Program-made: the position numbers and the translations under genes
Shown here: in pieces, positions 33,846 through 48,476 of the stretch
How positions within the stretch are numbered: the stretch's first letter is position 1
How the letters are laid out: each line of letters starts with the position of its first letter
Source: Paraspadella gotoi
Lineage: Eukaryota; Animalia; Chaetognatha
Length of the DNA: 64,000 nt
Direction: 5' to 3'
Assembly (NCBI GenBank): GCA_051294375.1
Contig: CM119265.1
Coordinates: 7,698,629 to 7,762,628 of the forward strand
Notes under the pieces: model-generated
What the model was told of the DNA's origin: nothing
Databases searched by the model: none
Seen by the model: only the letters and a program-made list of their open reading frames with translations

Positions 33846-36800
33846 TCTCTCNNNNNNNNNNNNNNNNNNNNNNNNNNNNNNNNNNNNNNNNNNNNNNNNN
33901 NNNNNNNNNNNNNNNNNNNNNNNNNNNNNNNNNNNNNNNNNNNNNNNNNNNNNNNNNNNNNNNNNNNNNNNNNNNNNNNNNNNNNNNNNNNNNNNNNNNN
34001 NNNNNNNNNNNNNNNNNNNNNNNNNNNNNNNNNNNNNNNNNNNNNNNNNNNNNNNNNNNNNNNNNNNNNNNNNNNNNNNNNNNNNNNNNNNNNNNNNNNN
34101 NNNNNNNNNNNNNNNNNNNNNNNNNNNNNNNNNNNNNNNNNNNNNNNNNNNNNNNNNNNNNNNNNNNNNNNNNNNNNNNNNNNNNNNNNNNNNNNNNNNN
34201 NNNNNNNNNNNNNNNNNNNNNNNNNNNNNNNNNNNNNNNNNNNNNNNNNNNNNNNNNNNNNNNNNNNNNNNNNNNNNNNNNNNNNNNNNNNNNNNNNNNN
34301 NNNNNNNNNNNNNNNNNNNNNNNNNNNNNNNNNNNNNNNNNNNNNNNNNNNNNNNNNNNNNNNNNNNNNNNNNNNNNNNNNNNNNNNNNNNNNNNNNNNN
34401 NNNNNNNNNNNNNNNNNNNNNNNNNNNNNNNNNNNNNNNNNNNNNNNNNNTGTTCATTGCTTCACTTTTTGAGCGGTTGAAGTTTCATCGCCTCGCGCCT
34501 TTGGCTCGAGATCGGCATCTCGCGTCAAGCGATTGGAGAAACCGCGTAAATCTGTTTTTATATAAATCAATCAAACAATCATTCAATCAATCAATCAATC
34601 ATTCAATCAATCAATCGGACATTGGTTCGCCGACGAAATGCAAAGAATCGAGGAAATTAGAGAAAGCTTGGTTTGTGATTGCTTGTACCGAGGATGATTA
34701 AAAGATGGGAGTGAAGTTTAAAGCTGAAAATTAAAGAGCGGTTGATTGGACAGTGCTTGGTTGTACCAGTGAGGAATGGAAGATGGTAGATGGGGTCTTA
34801 GAGATTAAGAAGACATTTATCGAATGACTCGGGAGTGGATGGTATCGAAAGACAGACGGACCAAATTGGACGAGCGCAATGTTTGACTTTAATGATCGGT
34901 AGACTGGATCGGTCTTTGGAATAGTTGTGATCACTATCGGTCGGTCGGTCGGTCGGTCGGTCGGTCGGTCGGTCGCGGTAAGTTGGAAAACGAGCGATCG
35001 ATTGACAAAGTGAGTCACGCGTCTTCGCGAAGTCGATCGCGCCAAGTGAAGCGAGGAAGGTTAGGGTCAGTTCAAATGAGAGTGAGGCTAAGGGTAAGTG
35101 AAGGTTTTATTCGTTTTGTAGAGCGAAAGTCTAGACGTCAGCAAACGGGTGTGAGTGATAAAAAAATTTTCGGACAGTTTAGACGATGTAAGAGAACGTG
35201 AGTGTACGCGATGTGAAAAGCCGGGGCGACGTGAANNNNNNNNNNNNNNNNNNNNNNNNNNNNNNNNNNNNNNNNNNNNNNNNNNNNNNNNNNNNNNNNN
35301 NNNNNNNNNNNNNNNNNNNNNNNNNNNNNNNNNNNNNNNNNNNNNNNNNNNNNNNNNNNNNNNNNNNNNNNNNNNNNNNNNNNNNNNNNNNNNNNNNNNN
35401 NNNNGAGGGGGCGGAAACGACGAGGGTAAGGGTTAGGCTGGAGATGAGGGTAAGGCTTTTTTAACGAAGGTAAACGCGAGCCAGACCTGAATTTAAAATC
35501 GCTTGCGAAGGCAGAGAGAAGAGAGCGGACATAAAAAAAATGTCGGGAGCCGAAATATAGGAAAAAAAAAAACTGGAAATGAGTAGTAGGTTGCTATAAA
35601 AAAAAAGAAGAAAAAAAGCTCATATGAAAAAAAGAGCAAAAGGTTGAAATAAAAAAGCGAAAGACTGAACTCAATGGAGCAAGTGGCTGCTGTAAAAGGA
35701 GATAAAAAGAGCAAGAGAATAAAAAGNNNNNNNNNNNNNNNNNNNNNNNNNNNNNNNNNNNNNNNNNNNNNNNNNNNNNNNNNNNNNNNNNNNNNNNNNN
35801 NNNNNNNNNNNNNNNNNNNNNNNNNNNNNNNNNNNNNNNNNNNNNNNNNNNNNNNNNNNNNNNNNNNNNNNNNNNNNNNNNNNNNNNNNNNNNNNNNNNN
35901 NNNNNNNNNNNNNNNNNNNNNNNNNNNNNNNNNNNNNNNNNNNNNNNNNNNNNNNNNNNNNNNNNNNNNNNNNNNNNNNNNNNNNNNNNNNNNNNNNNNN
36001 NNNNNNNNNNNNNNNNNNNNNNNNNNNNNNNNNNNNNNNNNNNNNNNNNNNNNNNNNNNNNATGCGAATAAAAAAATTGTGAAATCGATGACTCTTACGA
36101 AGACGACGACGACGACGATGAAGACGATAATGACGACGACGACCCGAAATAAAGTGATTCGGGAGGACAAAGTGGAGCGGGCGTGAAAAGTGGAGGGATG
36201 AAGTGGAGCAGGGAAGATGGTGAAAATATATAGTGGAGCACTGGAGCAGACTCGAGAATGGTTGGAGGAAAGAGAGAGTGGGAAGAGAGGGAGGAAAGAA
36301 GGCGAGATGGGAAGGAAAGGAGTTGAGATGGGATNNNNNNNNNNNNNNNNNNNNNNNNNNNNNNNNNNNNNNNNNNNNNNNNNNNNNNNNNNNNNNNNNN
36401 NNNNNNNNNNNNNNNNNNNNNNNNNNNNNNNNNNNNNNNNNNNNNNNNNNNNNNNNNNNNNNNNNNNNNNNNNNNNNNNNNNNNNNNNNNNNNNNNNNNN
36501 NNNNNNNNNNNNNNNNNNNNNNNNNNNNNNNNNNNNNNNNGGAAGGAAAGGAGTTGAGATGGGATGGGAAGGAGTTTAGATGGAAGGAAAGAAGTTGAGA
36601 TGGGAAGGAAAGAAGTTGAGTAAATGAGAGAAGAAGAAGAAGAGAGAAAGTATTAAAAGGAGTAGAAGGAAGGAAAAGAAGTGAAAATAAGCGAAAAGAG
36701 GGAGAAAAAGGAGAAGGGAAAAATGAAAGGTGCGAAGAAAAATTGTATTTTTTGATAAAAAGATAAAGTTAGAACAAGAGATTAAGTAATAAAAAAAGTA

Positions 36801-37631
36801 TAAGATAGAGAAGCTTATACTCCTATAAAAACCCGGAAAAAATCGATTTTCTTCTCGCGACTCAAAAACTCAGTTTCCCAATTATTTCGAAAGGATTTAC
36901 GGAAAAGTCTTTCAATTTAAAAAAAAAGAAAAAAGAAAAAAAGGGAAATAAAATATCCGCGCGGATTTAAAGAAAATTCAGCGGAAAATGTTTTGAAAGA
37001 GACCCCCCAAAAAAAACAAGCTCGCGATTTTTGGAGAAAAACTTTGGCGATCCCGATACAGATATTATACAGGGTTTGGGTGTCTCTATACGTGCGTGTA
37101 TGCCCGTGTGTCCGTCCGTACGTCCATCTTTTTCTCCGTTCAGCCCTCCAATATCAGCAACAAATCCAACGAAGCATAACTCTTTTNNNNNNNNNNNNNN
37201 NNNNNNNNNNNNNNNNNNNNNNNNNNNNNNNNNNNNNNNNNNNNNNNNNNNNNNNNNNNNNNNNNNNNNNNNNNNNNNNNNNNNNNNNNNNNNNNNNNNN
37301 NNNNNNNNNNNNNNNNNNNNNNNNNNNNNNNNNNNNNNNNNNNNNNNNNNNNNNNNNNNNNNNNGACGAGACGCAATTTTTTTCCCGTTATGGTTTCCGG
37401 ATCACGTGATTTCGAGTTCGCGAGAGAAAGGAAGAGACAAGGAGAGGAGAAGGAGAAGTCACGAGTGAAAAGGTGGGATTTGGTCACGGAAATGTGAATC
37501 CTCCCTTTTTTTTTGTGAATGATCTCGATCTATTTGGAAGAAAAAGATGAAAATATCACGATTGAGGACAGAATATTCCTAGGAATTATCAGTATATATT
37601 TATGTCGTGGTGAACCTAAACCAGGCCAACC

Positions 37632-37676
37632 GAGAACCGGAACCGGAACCGGAACCGGAACCGGAACCGGAACCGG
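37632..37676. repeat. (GGAACC)n hexamer repeat
   Basis: About 7 tandem copies; a degenerate copy lies at ~44556-44625. Confidence 0.85.
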
Positions 37677-38413
37677 TTAATTGAGAAAGACAACCGCGAA
37701 GAGTTACTCTTTTATGTACGAGCTTCGCTGAAGCTGGGATTTATTTTTAAAGTCGTCATCGTCATCGTCGTCAAGCAGAGAACTCTTGAGCTGGATCCAT
37801 TCCGTGCTGGCGTTTGGAACCCCCGCGAACTTTAGACCTTGAGGCTACCGAGCAACGAGTCTCTGGTTATCGTCGTCGTCGTCGTCGTCGTCGTCTCCAC
37901 TAGCTGCCACCACCCGAGTTCTCATTCCGGCGCTAATGCAGTTTTGATCCCCCCCAAAAAAGCAATTGCACTCTCTCCCCCCGCAGACTCGCGACGACGA
38001 AGCCGAAAACGAATATAACAAAAAACAAACAAATGAGCAACCGNNNNNNNNNNNNNNNNNNNNNNNNNNNNNNNNNNNNNNNNNNNNNNNNNNNNNNNNN
38101 NNNNNNNNNNNNNNNNNNNNNNNNNNNNNNNNNNNNNNNNNNNNNNNNNNNNNNNNNNNNNNNNNNNNNNNNNNNNNNNNNNNNNNNNNNNNNNNNNNNN
38201 NNNNNNNNNNNNNNNNNNNNNNNNNNNNNNNNNNNNNNNNNNNNNNNNNNNNNNNNNNNNNNNNNNNNNNNNNNNNNNNNNNNNNNNNNNNNNNNNNNNN
38301 NNNNNNNNNNNNAGAGAAGATATTTGGCCTTTAGTTTAGTTATAAATTCGATCACGTTCCTCAACATCGGAAGGATAAAAAGAAAAGAGGCTCTCTGACA
38401 AAAAAATTCGTCC

Positions 38414-38447
<34 letters not shown>

Positions 38448-38777
38448 AGCCTTCAACTACACTCACGACCCACTTCACGTCACTTCCGGTCGCGAAGCCT
38501 CGCACGCCCCTCGGCGCCCATGGAGACGTCACCGTCACCGCGGCCACGCCCACCCACGGCGCCGCTGTCATCGTCAACGCCGTCTCGATTACAGTCGTTT
38601 TCCTTTTTCGGTCGTCACTTGATTGATTGATTGATCGATTCCATGATTAACTTCACTTTTAATTTCACGTTCACATCCAACGTAATCCCTGGCGTTTGTA
38701 TTTTCGCAGTAGTCACCTTCGTCGCGATCACCAGCGATTTGCCATCAAAGTAGTAGTCGTCGTGGTGGTCGACATCT

Positions 38778-38810
<33 letters not shown>

Positions 38811-39427
38811 TTCCAATTTCATGGGATTCGCTCTTCAAGGTCTCCCTCACTTTTTTCCCCCTTTTCCAATTCTCAGCGCGAAATTTTCCTTTCGAATATC
38901 TTTTTTTCCCCTTTTTTTTACCTTATTCTTTCTTTTGAGTTCTTGTTTGTTTTTTTTTGGGGGGGGTTATTTTATTTCTATCATTGTTTTGTATTAAAAT
39001 AGTTTTCTCGTCGGAAATCACAACGACGGCGATTAGGATGATTTTAAAATCGAAAAAAAAAANNNNNNNNNNNNNNNNNNNNNNNNNNNNNNNNNNNNNN
39101 NNNNNNNNNNNNNNNNNNNNNNNNNNNNNNNNNNNNNNNNNNNNNNNNNNNNNNNNNNNNNNNNNNNNNNNNNNNNNNNNNNNNNNNNNNNNNNNNNNNN
39201 NNNNNNNNNNNNNNNNNNNNNNNNNNNNNNNNNNNNNNNNNNNNNNNNNNGCCAATTTCCTGCCAACATGAAAGCAATCTGGAAGGAATGGTAAATATGA
39301 AAAATTTCTGAAAATAAATTTAAAAAAAAATAAATATGATAATATCTGAATCCCATGATTTTTGACGCCATTCTATCCCCACTCTTAACCCTTACCAGTT
39401 GCACCCAGTCATTAATTCAATCTCGCG

Positions 39428-39560
39428 CTTTTTAGTTGCGCCGTGAGTACTCGCGGAGCAACTCTATAAGTCACTTTTCGGTCGGTCTGTCGGTCTGTTG
39501 GTATGTTAAGTTAAAAATGCTCATAACTGTTGGTATGTTAAAAATGCTCATAACTCGCCT
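39428..39560. mobile_element. Possible HINE/DINE-like element end
   Basis: T-run followed by hairpin agttgc...gtgagtactcgc...gcaact, a (GGTC/GTCT)-type microsatellite and a duplicated tgttggtatgttaa...aaatgctcataact segment. Confidence 0.35.
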
Positions 39561-39914
39561 GTAGCTGGTTGCTCATTTGTTAAGACATGAAAAAACTTCA
39601 AAGCGACTACTAGCGCCGCCTTTTGTTTTTTAAATCAATCTTATTTAAATCATAAAAAATAAAAGACGTTATTTCAATGCAGGACGTGTCGAAAATACAC
39701 GGAATATACACGGGATAACGAAGTCACTTCGACGCAACACAACATTTGAATTTCCGTTCTTCTTTCTTTTTTATTTTCTTATTTTTTAAGAGAGCTTAAG
39801 AGTAGGGGGGGCGGAGAGAGGAGAATGGAGGAACTCAAAGGGAGAATACGATTTCACCATTTCTCCATTTCTCTCCCCTCAGCGACTCGGATTTTATTTC
39901 CTCAAATGAATTTC

Positions 39915-39950
<36 letters not shown>

Positions 39951-40234
39951 NNNNNNNNNNNNNNNNNNNNNNNNNNNNNNNNNNNNNNNNNNNNNNNNNN
40001 NNNNNNNNNNNNNNNNNNNNNNNNNNNNNNNNNNNNNNNNNNNNNNNNNNNNNNNNNNNNNNNNNNNNNNNNNNNNNNNNNNNNNNNNNNNNNNNNNNNN
40101 NNNNNNNNNNNNNNNNNNNNNNNNNNNNNNNNNNNNNNNNNNNNNNNNNNNNNNNNNNNNNNNNNNNNNNNNNNNNNNNNNNNNNNNNNNNNNNNNNNNN
40201 NNNNNNNNNNNNNNNNNNNNNNNNNNNNNNNNGA

Positions 40235-40265
<31 letters not shown>

Positions 40266-41024
40266 CGAGGGAGAGAGAGAGACCGTGCTTAAGTTTCACA
40301 ATTTTGTTCCGTCAATTATTCAAATTTTCTCGCGTCGTCGAGTTTCATATTCGATTCCATTCGATTTGGAATTTTCCGTCGACACATTTCTCGGAAATGA
40401 GGATAAAAATTAATCGTCGCAAAGAAATCGGCGATATCGAAAAAACTGGAAACTTGAACAATTTTCGTTCGATTCGGTGGGTTTTTTTTTCTGGAGAAAT
40501 GTTTCATAAAGAAACAATTCTTTGAATATTTACTGTAATCTGATAAATAGCGAAAATAAATTAACACGTTTTTCGCTACTGATTTAATTTGCGGTCCATT
40601 TTCAATAAGCAATTTATGCTCGGTTTTATTTTCAAGGAAATATTTGCCTCCTTCTCCCTCTCTCTCTCTCTCNNNNNNNNNNNNNNNNNNNNNNNNNNNN
40701 NNNNNNNNNNNNNNNNNNNNNNNNNNNNNNNNNNNNNNNNNNNNNNNNNNNNNNNNNNNNNNNNNNNNNNNNNNNNNNNNNNNNNNNNNNNNNNNNNNNN
40801 NNNNNNNNNNNNNNNNNNNNNNNNNNNNNNNNNNNNNNNNNNNNNNNNNNNNNNNNNNNNNNNNNNNNNNNNNNNNNNNNNNNNNNNNNNNCGCGCCACC
40901 ACTAGCGCCACCTCCGCCGTCACCGAAGGTTAAACTCTCCGAGGTCGACGTCGACGCGGCATCAAGGTCGCGGGTTCAGATACCTGACGAAAGGAACGAA
41001 GAGAAAAGAGAGAGTTCATAAAGC

Positions 41025-41060
<36 letters not shown>

Positions 41061-41288
41061 ATCTCTCTCTCATTCTCTTCTCTCTCGATTCTCTCTCGTC
41101 TCTCTCTCTTCTCTCTCTCTCTCTCTCTCTTTCTCTATCTCTCAACCTCTTTATTCTCTGGAAGAGGGCTTAATGGGAATAAAGTACCTCTGGGGGGGTG
41201 CTGGCTAAAACGCTAAGGGTTGAAAGGGCGAAAAAATATCTTTCTCTCTCTTTTCGCTCCTCTCTCTCTCTCTCTCTCATCTCTCATC

Positions 41289-41332
<44 letters not shown>

Positions 41333-41374
41333 TCAATAATCATGAAACAAAAATCACAATTCGACCATAAAAAT

Positions 41375-42864
41375 TGTTCATTTGCTTACTTTTTGAGGCG
41401 GTTGAAGTTCATCGCTCGGCGCCTTTTGGCTCGAGATCGCATCTTCGAAGCACGAGAGGAAACCGCGTAAATCTGTTTTAATATAAATCAATGCAAACAA
41501 TCATTCAAATCAATCAATCAAGTCATTCAATCAATCAATCGACATTGGTTCGCCAACGAAAATGCAAAAGAATCGAGGAAATTAAGAGAAAGGCTTGGGT
41601 TTGTGATTGCTTGTACCGAGGATGATGTAAAATATGGGAGAGAAATTTAAAAGCGTGAAAATTAAAGAAGCGGTTGATTGGACAGTGCTTGGTTGTACCA
41701 AGTGAGGAATGGAAGATAGTGATGGGGTCTTAGACGATTACAGAAGACATTTATCAGTAATGAACTCGGTGAGTGGACGTGGTTTCGAAAGACAGCGGAC
41801 CAATTGGACGAGCTGCATGTTTGACTTTAATGGATCGGTAGACATGGATCGGTCTTTGGATGATAGTTGTGATCACTAACGGTCGGTTGCGGGAAGTTGG
41901 AAAAACGAGCCGATCGATTGACAAGGTGAGTCACAGCGTCTTCGCGAAGTCGATCGCGCCAAGTGAAGCGAGGAAGGCTTAGGGTCAGTTCAAATCGAAG
42001 AGTGAGGCTAAGGGTAAAGTGAAGTTTTAATTCGTTTTTGTAGAGCGAAAGTCTAGACGTGTCAGCAAACAGGTGTGAGGTGATAAAAAATTTTTGGACA
42101 AGTTTAGGAACGATGTAAAGAGGACGTGAGTGTACGCGATGTGAAAAGCCGGGGGCGACGTGAAAGTTAAGTGGGGTGAAAGTTGAGGTTTGTCATCGGT
42201 GACTTTGAAGGCTCCCGAACGTCTCACGGACAAAGGAAAGAAGGCTGCCGGAAATTCACATCCAGAAGTGTGAACAAACGAGAAAATTTTGGCGAGGAGA
42301 GTGGAATCTCGAGAAGATTAGGGAGGGGCGAGAGGTGGGGGAGTGTGGAGGGGGCGGAAAACGACGAGGGTAAGGGTTAGGCTTGGAGATGAAGCGGTAA
42401 AAGGCTCTTTTTTAAGCGAAGGTAAAACGCGGAAGGCCAGAACCTGAATTTAACAAATTGCGCGTTGCGGAGGCAGAGAGAAGAAAGCGGGCCATAAAAA
42501 AAAATGTCGGGGAGCCGAAATATAGGTAAAAAAAAAACTGGAAATGAGTAGTAGGTTGCTAAGAAAAAAAAAAGAAGCAAAAGCTCCATATAATAAAAAA
42601 AAAGAGCAAAGGTGGAATAAAAAGCGAAAAGACTGAAGCTCAAATGGAGCAAGTGGCTTGCTGTAAAAGGAGATAAAAAGAGCAAAAGAATAAAAAGGAG
42701 AATTAAAAAAAGTGGCTAGAGCGAGGACAAGGGGCGGGAAATGGCGGGTGGGGGGGGGGGGAGCGGACGAAACAGTGAAGAAAAACTTTAAATGGTTGAT
42801 GAACAACTCGTTCCATGCATTGGAGAGAGGAGGAAGAGAGAGAGAGAGAGAGAGAGAGAGAAGA

Positions 42865-42895
<31 letters not shown>

Positions 42896-44124
42896 AGAGA
42901 TCGAAAGAACGATCTAAAACAACGTGAGCGAAATGCTGAAATAAAAAAATTGTGGAAGATCGATGAACTCTTAGCGAAGAACGAAAGACGAAACGAACGA
43001 TATGAAGAACGATAATAATGACGTACGACGACGCCGAAATAAAGTGGATTCGCGGAGGACAAAAGTGGAAGCGGGCGTGAAAAGTGGAAGGGATGAAGTG
43101 GAGCAAGGGTGAAGTATCTGGATGAGGATATATAGTAGAGACACCTGGCAGGCAGACTGCCGAGAATGGTTTGAGAAAGAGAGAGTGGGAAAGAAGAGAG
43201 GAAAGGAGACGAGAAATGGGAAGTGAAGAGGAGTTGAGATGGGATTGGAAGGAGATGAGATAGGAAGGGAAAGGAAGTTGAGGATGGGAAGGAAAGGAGT
43301 TGAGATGGGGAATGGAAAAGGAGTTGAGGAATTGAAAGGAAAGGAGCCGGAGATTGGAAGGGAAAGGAGCTTGAGATGGGAAGGGAAAGGAGTTGACAAT
43401 GGGGAAGGGAAAGGAGATGAGATGACGGGAAATGGGAAGTGAGTTTAGATGGAAGGAGAAGTTGAGTATGGGAAGGAAAGAAGAGTTGAGTAAGATGAGA
43501 GAAAGAGATAGAAGAGAGAAAGTAATTTAAACAGGAGTAGAAGGAAGGTAAAGAGAAGTGAAAAATAAGTCGAAAAGAAGGGAAGAAGAAAGGAGAAGGG
43601 AAAAATGAAAGGTGCGAAGAAAAATTATGTATTTTTTATGAAATAAGAAACGATAAAAGTTTAGAACAAGAGATTAAGTAATTAAAAAAGTATAAGAATA
43701 GAGAAAGCTTATACTCCCTATAAAAACACGCGGAAAAAATCGATTTGCTTCTCGTCGGACTCAAAAAACTCAGTTTCCCAATTATTTCGAAAGGATTTAC
43801 GGAAAAAGTCTTTCAAATTTAAAAAAAGAATAAAAAAGAAAAAGGGAAATAAAATAATCCGCGCGATTTGAAGAAAAATTAGCGGAAATGTTTTGAAAGA
43901 GGCCCGCAAAAAAAAAGCAAGCTCGCGATTTTTGGAGAAAAAACTTTGGCGATCCGGATACAAGATTAATTATACAGGGTTTGGGTGTCTGCTATACGTG
44001 CGTGTATGCCCGTGTGTCCGTCCGTACGTCCATCTTTTTTCTTCCGTTCACCCTCCAATATCAGCAAACAAATCCAAACGAAGGCATAACTCTTTCCCCC
44101 CCTCTCTCTCTCTCTTCTTTCTTT

Positions 44125-44176
<52 letters not shown>

Positions 44177-45038
44177 CTCTCTCTCTCTTCTCTCCTCTCT
44201 CTCACTCTCTCTTCCTTTCTCTCTCGTCGCTCGCTGACCTTCATCGACGAGACGCAAATTTTTTTTTCGCCGTTATGGTTTTCCGGGATTCACGTCGATT
44301 TCGAAGTTCGCGAGAGAAAGGAAGAGACAAGGATGAGGAGAAGGAGAAGGTTCGTGATGCAGTAAGTAGAGAAAATGAGTGGGATTTGTCCACTGGAAAT
44401 GTGAAATCCTGCCCCTTTGTTTTTTTTGTGAATTGATCTCGGTCTATTTTGAAGAAAAAGATGAAAAATATCAGCGAATTTGAGGAGCATGAATATTCGC
44501 TAGGAATTATCAGTATATATTTATGTCGTGGTGAACGCTAAACCGCAAGCCAACCGAGAACCGAACCGGAACGCGGAACCGGAATCCGGAACCGGAGCAA
44601 AACCGGAAACCGGAACCGGGAACCGTTAATTGAGAAGACAGACCGCGAAGAGTTTACTCTTTTATGTAACGAGCTTCGCTGAAGCTGGGATTTATTTTTA
44701 AGTCGTCATACGTCATCGTCGTCAAAGAGAGAACTCTGAGCTGGATCGCATTCCGTGCGGGGCTTGGACCCCCCGCGAACGTTTAGACTTGAGGCTACGG
44801 AGCATCGAGTCCTCTTGGTTATCGTCGTGCGTCGTCGTGCGTCGTCGTCTCACTAGCTGCCACGCACCTCGCGAGTTCTCATTCCGGCGCTAATGCAGTT
44901 TTGAATCCCCCGCGACAAAAAGCAATTGCACTCTCTCCCCCCGCAGACTGGCGCGACGTACGAAGCCGAAAAACGAAAATATAACAAAAACACAAATGAG
45001 GCAACCGGTTGGCATCGTGGAGAAAGGGAGAGAAGAGA

Positions 45039-45088
<50 letters not shown>

Positions 45089-48085
45089 AGAGAAAGAGAA
45101 GAGAGAGAGAGAGAGTAGGAAGAGAGATTAGCGTAAAAGTTTAAAAAAAATAAACAAATATTGTATAAGATTAAAAGATGCAATGAATTAATTTCGACGA
45201 TGAATGTCCTTGGCTCGGATAGAGGGAGAACTGACGGATGGACAGTAGAAGAAGATGTTTGGCCTTGTAGTTTAGTATAAATATCTCGATCACGTTTCCT
45301 CAACATCGAAAGGATAAAAAGAAAAGAGGCTCTCTGAACAAAAAAAATTCGTCCGTCTGCTCTCTCTCTCTCTCTCTCTCTCTCTCTTTAGCTCTTCAAC
45401 TAACACTCACGACCCACTTCACGTCACTATCGACGGTTCGCCGAAGCCTTCGCACAGCGTCCCTTGCGCGCCCTGGAGAGCGTCCACCGTCCACCGGCGC
45501 GCCACGCCCACCCCTACGCGCCCCGCTGTCATCGTCAACGACCGTCTCGATTACAGTCGTTTTCGTTTTTTCGGTCGTCACTTGATTGATTGATTGAATC
45601 GAATTCCATGATTAACTCACTTTTAATTTCAACGTTCACATCCAACGTAATCGCTGGCGTTTGTATTTTTCGCAGTAGTCACCTTCGTCGCGATCCACAG
45701 CGAATTTGCCATCAATAGTAGTAGTCGGTCGTGGTGGTCGACATCTTCGTCACCGTCGTCCGTCATAATCGTCTCGTCGTCGTTCGCAATTTCATGGATT
45801 TCGCTCTCAAGGTCTCTGCTCACTTTTTTTCCCGCCTTTTTCCAATTCTCAGCCGCAAATTTCGCCTTTCGAAATATCTTTTTTTTCCCCCTTTTTTTTA
45901 CGTGCTATATTCTTTTCTTTTGGAGTTCTTGTTTGTTTTTTTTGGGGTGGGGGGTATTTTATTTCTATCATTGTTTTTGTAATTAAAAATGAGTTTTCTC
46001 GTCGGAAATCAACAACGAAACGGCGATTAGGATGAAATTTTTAAAATCGAAAGAAAAAAAGCAACTGAATTTTACATTGCTACAAAAAAACTGGGCCCAG
46101 ATGAAATTTCGTTGCCCATTTCTGCAACCTAATGAAAGCAATCTGGAAAGGATATGGTTAAATATTGAAAAATGTTCTGAAAATAAATTTAAAAAAAAAA
46201 TAAATTGATAATATCTGATCCCATGATTTTTGAAACGCCGATTTCTATCTCCCACTACGCACTCTTAACCACTTAACCAGTTACACTTTAACCTTCCAGT
46301 CACCCCTCATTAATTCAATCTCGCGCTTTTTTTAGTTGCGCGGGAGCGGAAGTACTCCGTGCGTGGAGCAACTCTATAAGTCGACTTTTCGCGTCGCGTA
46401 CTTGTCCGGTCTTTGGTATGTTAAGTTTAAATTAATCATAATGTATGCAGTGATAAACCATAATCGCTCTGTAGCTCGGTCTTGCCTCATTTGTTAAGAA
46501 CATGAAAAAACACTTCAAGCAAAGCGACTACTTAGCCGCCGCCTTTTGTTTTTTTTTTAAATCAATCTTATTTTAAATCAATATAAAAATAAAAGACGTT
46601 TCATTTCAATGCGGAGTACGTGTTCGAAATACACGGAATACACGGCGAATAAACGAAGTCAGCTTCGGCAGCAACACAACATGTTGAATTCGTTTTCTTT
46701 CTTTTCTTATTTTCTTACTTTTTTAGAGAGCTTAAGAGGTTAGGGGCGGGCGGGAGAGAGGAGGAATGGAGGGAAACTCTTCAATAGGGAGAATACGAAT
46801 TCACCATTTTCTCCACTTTACGCTCTCTCCTCCTCAGCGACTCGGATTTTATTTTCCTCAAAATGAAATTTCTATGTCTGCCTCTCTCTCTCTCTCTCTC
46901 TCGTCTTCTCTGCTCTCTCTCTCTCTCTCTCTGCTCCTCGTCTTCTCTCTCTCTCTCCTCTCTCCTCTCTTCAACTCACGTCCTATCTCCCTCTCATCAT
47001 GTCCGCTCGAATTATTTCTTTAGCTCGCGCAGCTGATTCGTAAAAATATAAGAATAAGAAAGATAGAGAAAAGAGAAAATAACAGAGAGAAAAGAAGAAA
47101 GAAAAAGAGAGAAAAGAAAGAAGAAGAAAGAAAGAAAAGAGTAAAAGAAAAGAAAGAGAAAGAGAAGAAAGAAAGAAAGAGAAGAAGAAAGAGAAAAAAG
47201 AAAGAAAAGAAGAGAAGAAAGAAAGAGAGAAGAAGAAGAAAAGAAAGAAAGAGAGAAAGAAAGAAGAAAGCGAGGGAGAGAGAAGAGAACCGTTGCTTAA
47301 GTTTCACAATTTTGTTCGTCAATTATTCAAATTTTCTCCGCGTCCGTCGAGTTTCCATATTCGAGTTCCCCATTCGATTTGAATTTTTCCGTCGACACAT
47401 TTCTCGGAAATGGAGGATAAAAATTAAATCGTCGCAAAAGAAATCGGCTGATATTGCGAAAAACTTGGAACTTTGAACAATTTTTCGTTCGATTCGGTGG
47501 GTTTTTTCTTCTGGAGAAAATTTTCATAAAAAACAATTCTTTGAAATTTTACTGTAATCTGATAAATAGCGAAAAATATTAACACGTTTTTCGTATGATT
47601 TAATTTGCGGTTCCATTTTCAATAAGCTAATTTATGCTGGCGGTTTTATTTTCAAGGGAAATTATTTGCCCATTTCCTTCTCTCCCTCTCTCTCGTCTCT
47701 CTCCTCTCTTCTCTCTCTCTCCTCTCTTCTCTCTTCCTCTTCTCTTCTTCCTGCTCTCTCTCTCTCTCTCTCTCTCTGGATTTTCTTCTGGTGTTGACGT
47801 CTTTTCCGCTTTCCAGTTCCCAAAGCTTCTCGCCGACGGACGCTTTCCAGCCAGGAGTTGCAGCCGTCAGTTCGCGTCTAACAACTCAACCTTTCACAAA
47901 CTCACTAACGCCATAATAAAAAAAAAAAACAACGCGCCACCACTAGCCGCCACATTGACCCGCGCCACCACTAGCGCCACCTCCGCCGGTCAACCGAAGG
48001 TTAAACTCTCCCCGAGGTCGACGTCGACTGCGGCATCAATAGGTTCGCGGTTTCAGATACCTGACGAAAAGGAACGAAGAGAGAG
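41375..48085 (+). repeat. Indel-rich second copy of ~34451-41005, filling the N runs of the first copy
   Basis: Collinear throughout, e.g. tgttcattgcttcactttttgagcggttgaag (34451) versus tgttcatttgcttactttttgaggcggttgaag (41375). Confidence 0.85.
43205..43490. repeat. Degenerate purine-rich minisatellite (~20-bp ggaaggaaaggagttgagatg unit)
   Basis: Repeated unit, also seen flanking the N gap at 36310-36620. Confidence 0.6.
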
Positions 48086-48090
48086 AGAGA

Positions 48091-48163
<73 letters not shown>

Positions 48164-48476
48164 CAGAGAGAAAGAGAGACGAGAGAGAGAGAGAGAGAGA
48201 GAGAAGAGGAGAAAGGAGNNNNNNNNNNNNNNNNNNNNNNNNNGAAATCGTTATTTTCGTTTCAAACGCATTTTTTAAAATCTTTTCATAAATTCGTCAA
48301 AACGACTTTCATCATTTTTTTCGCTTATTCGTTTACTCTGTCGCTCAGAGCGTTTTCCTGAACTCACCTCTTAGCCTTCTAAATCTCTTCACCTCTGAGC
48401 GTGAATTGTGTCCGCCTGGGTGTTGGCCAGCTTCCACCTCCTCCTCCTCCTCCTCCTCCTCCTCCTCCTCCTCCTC

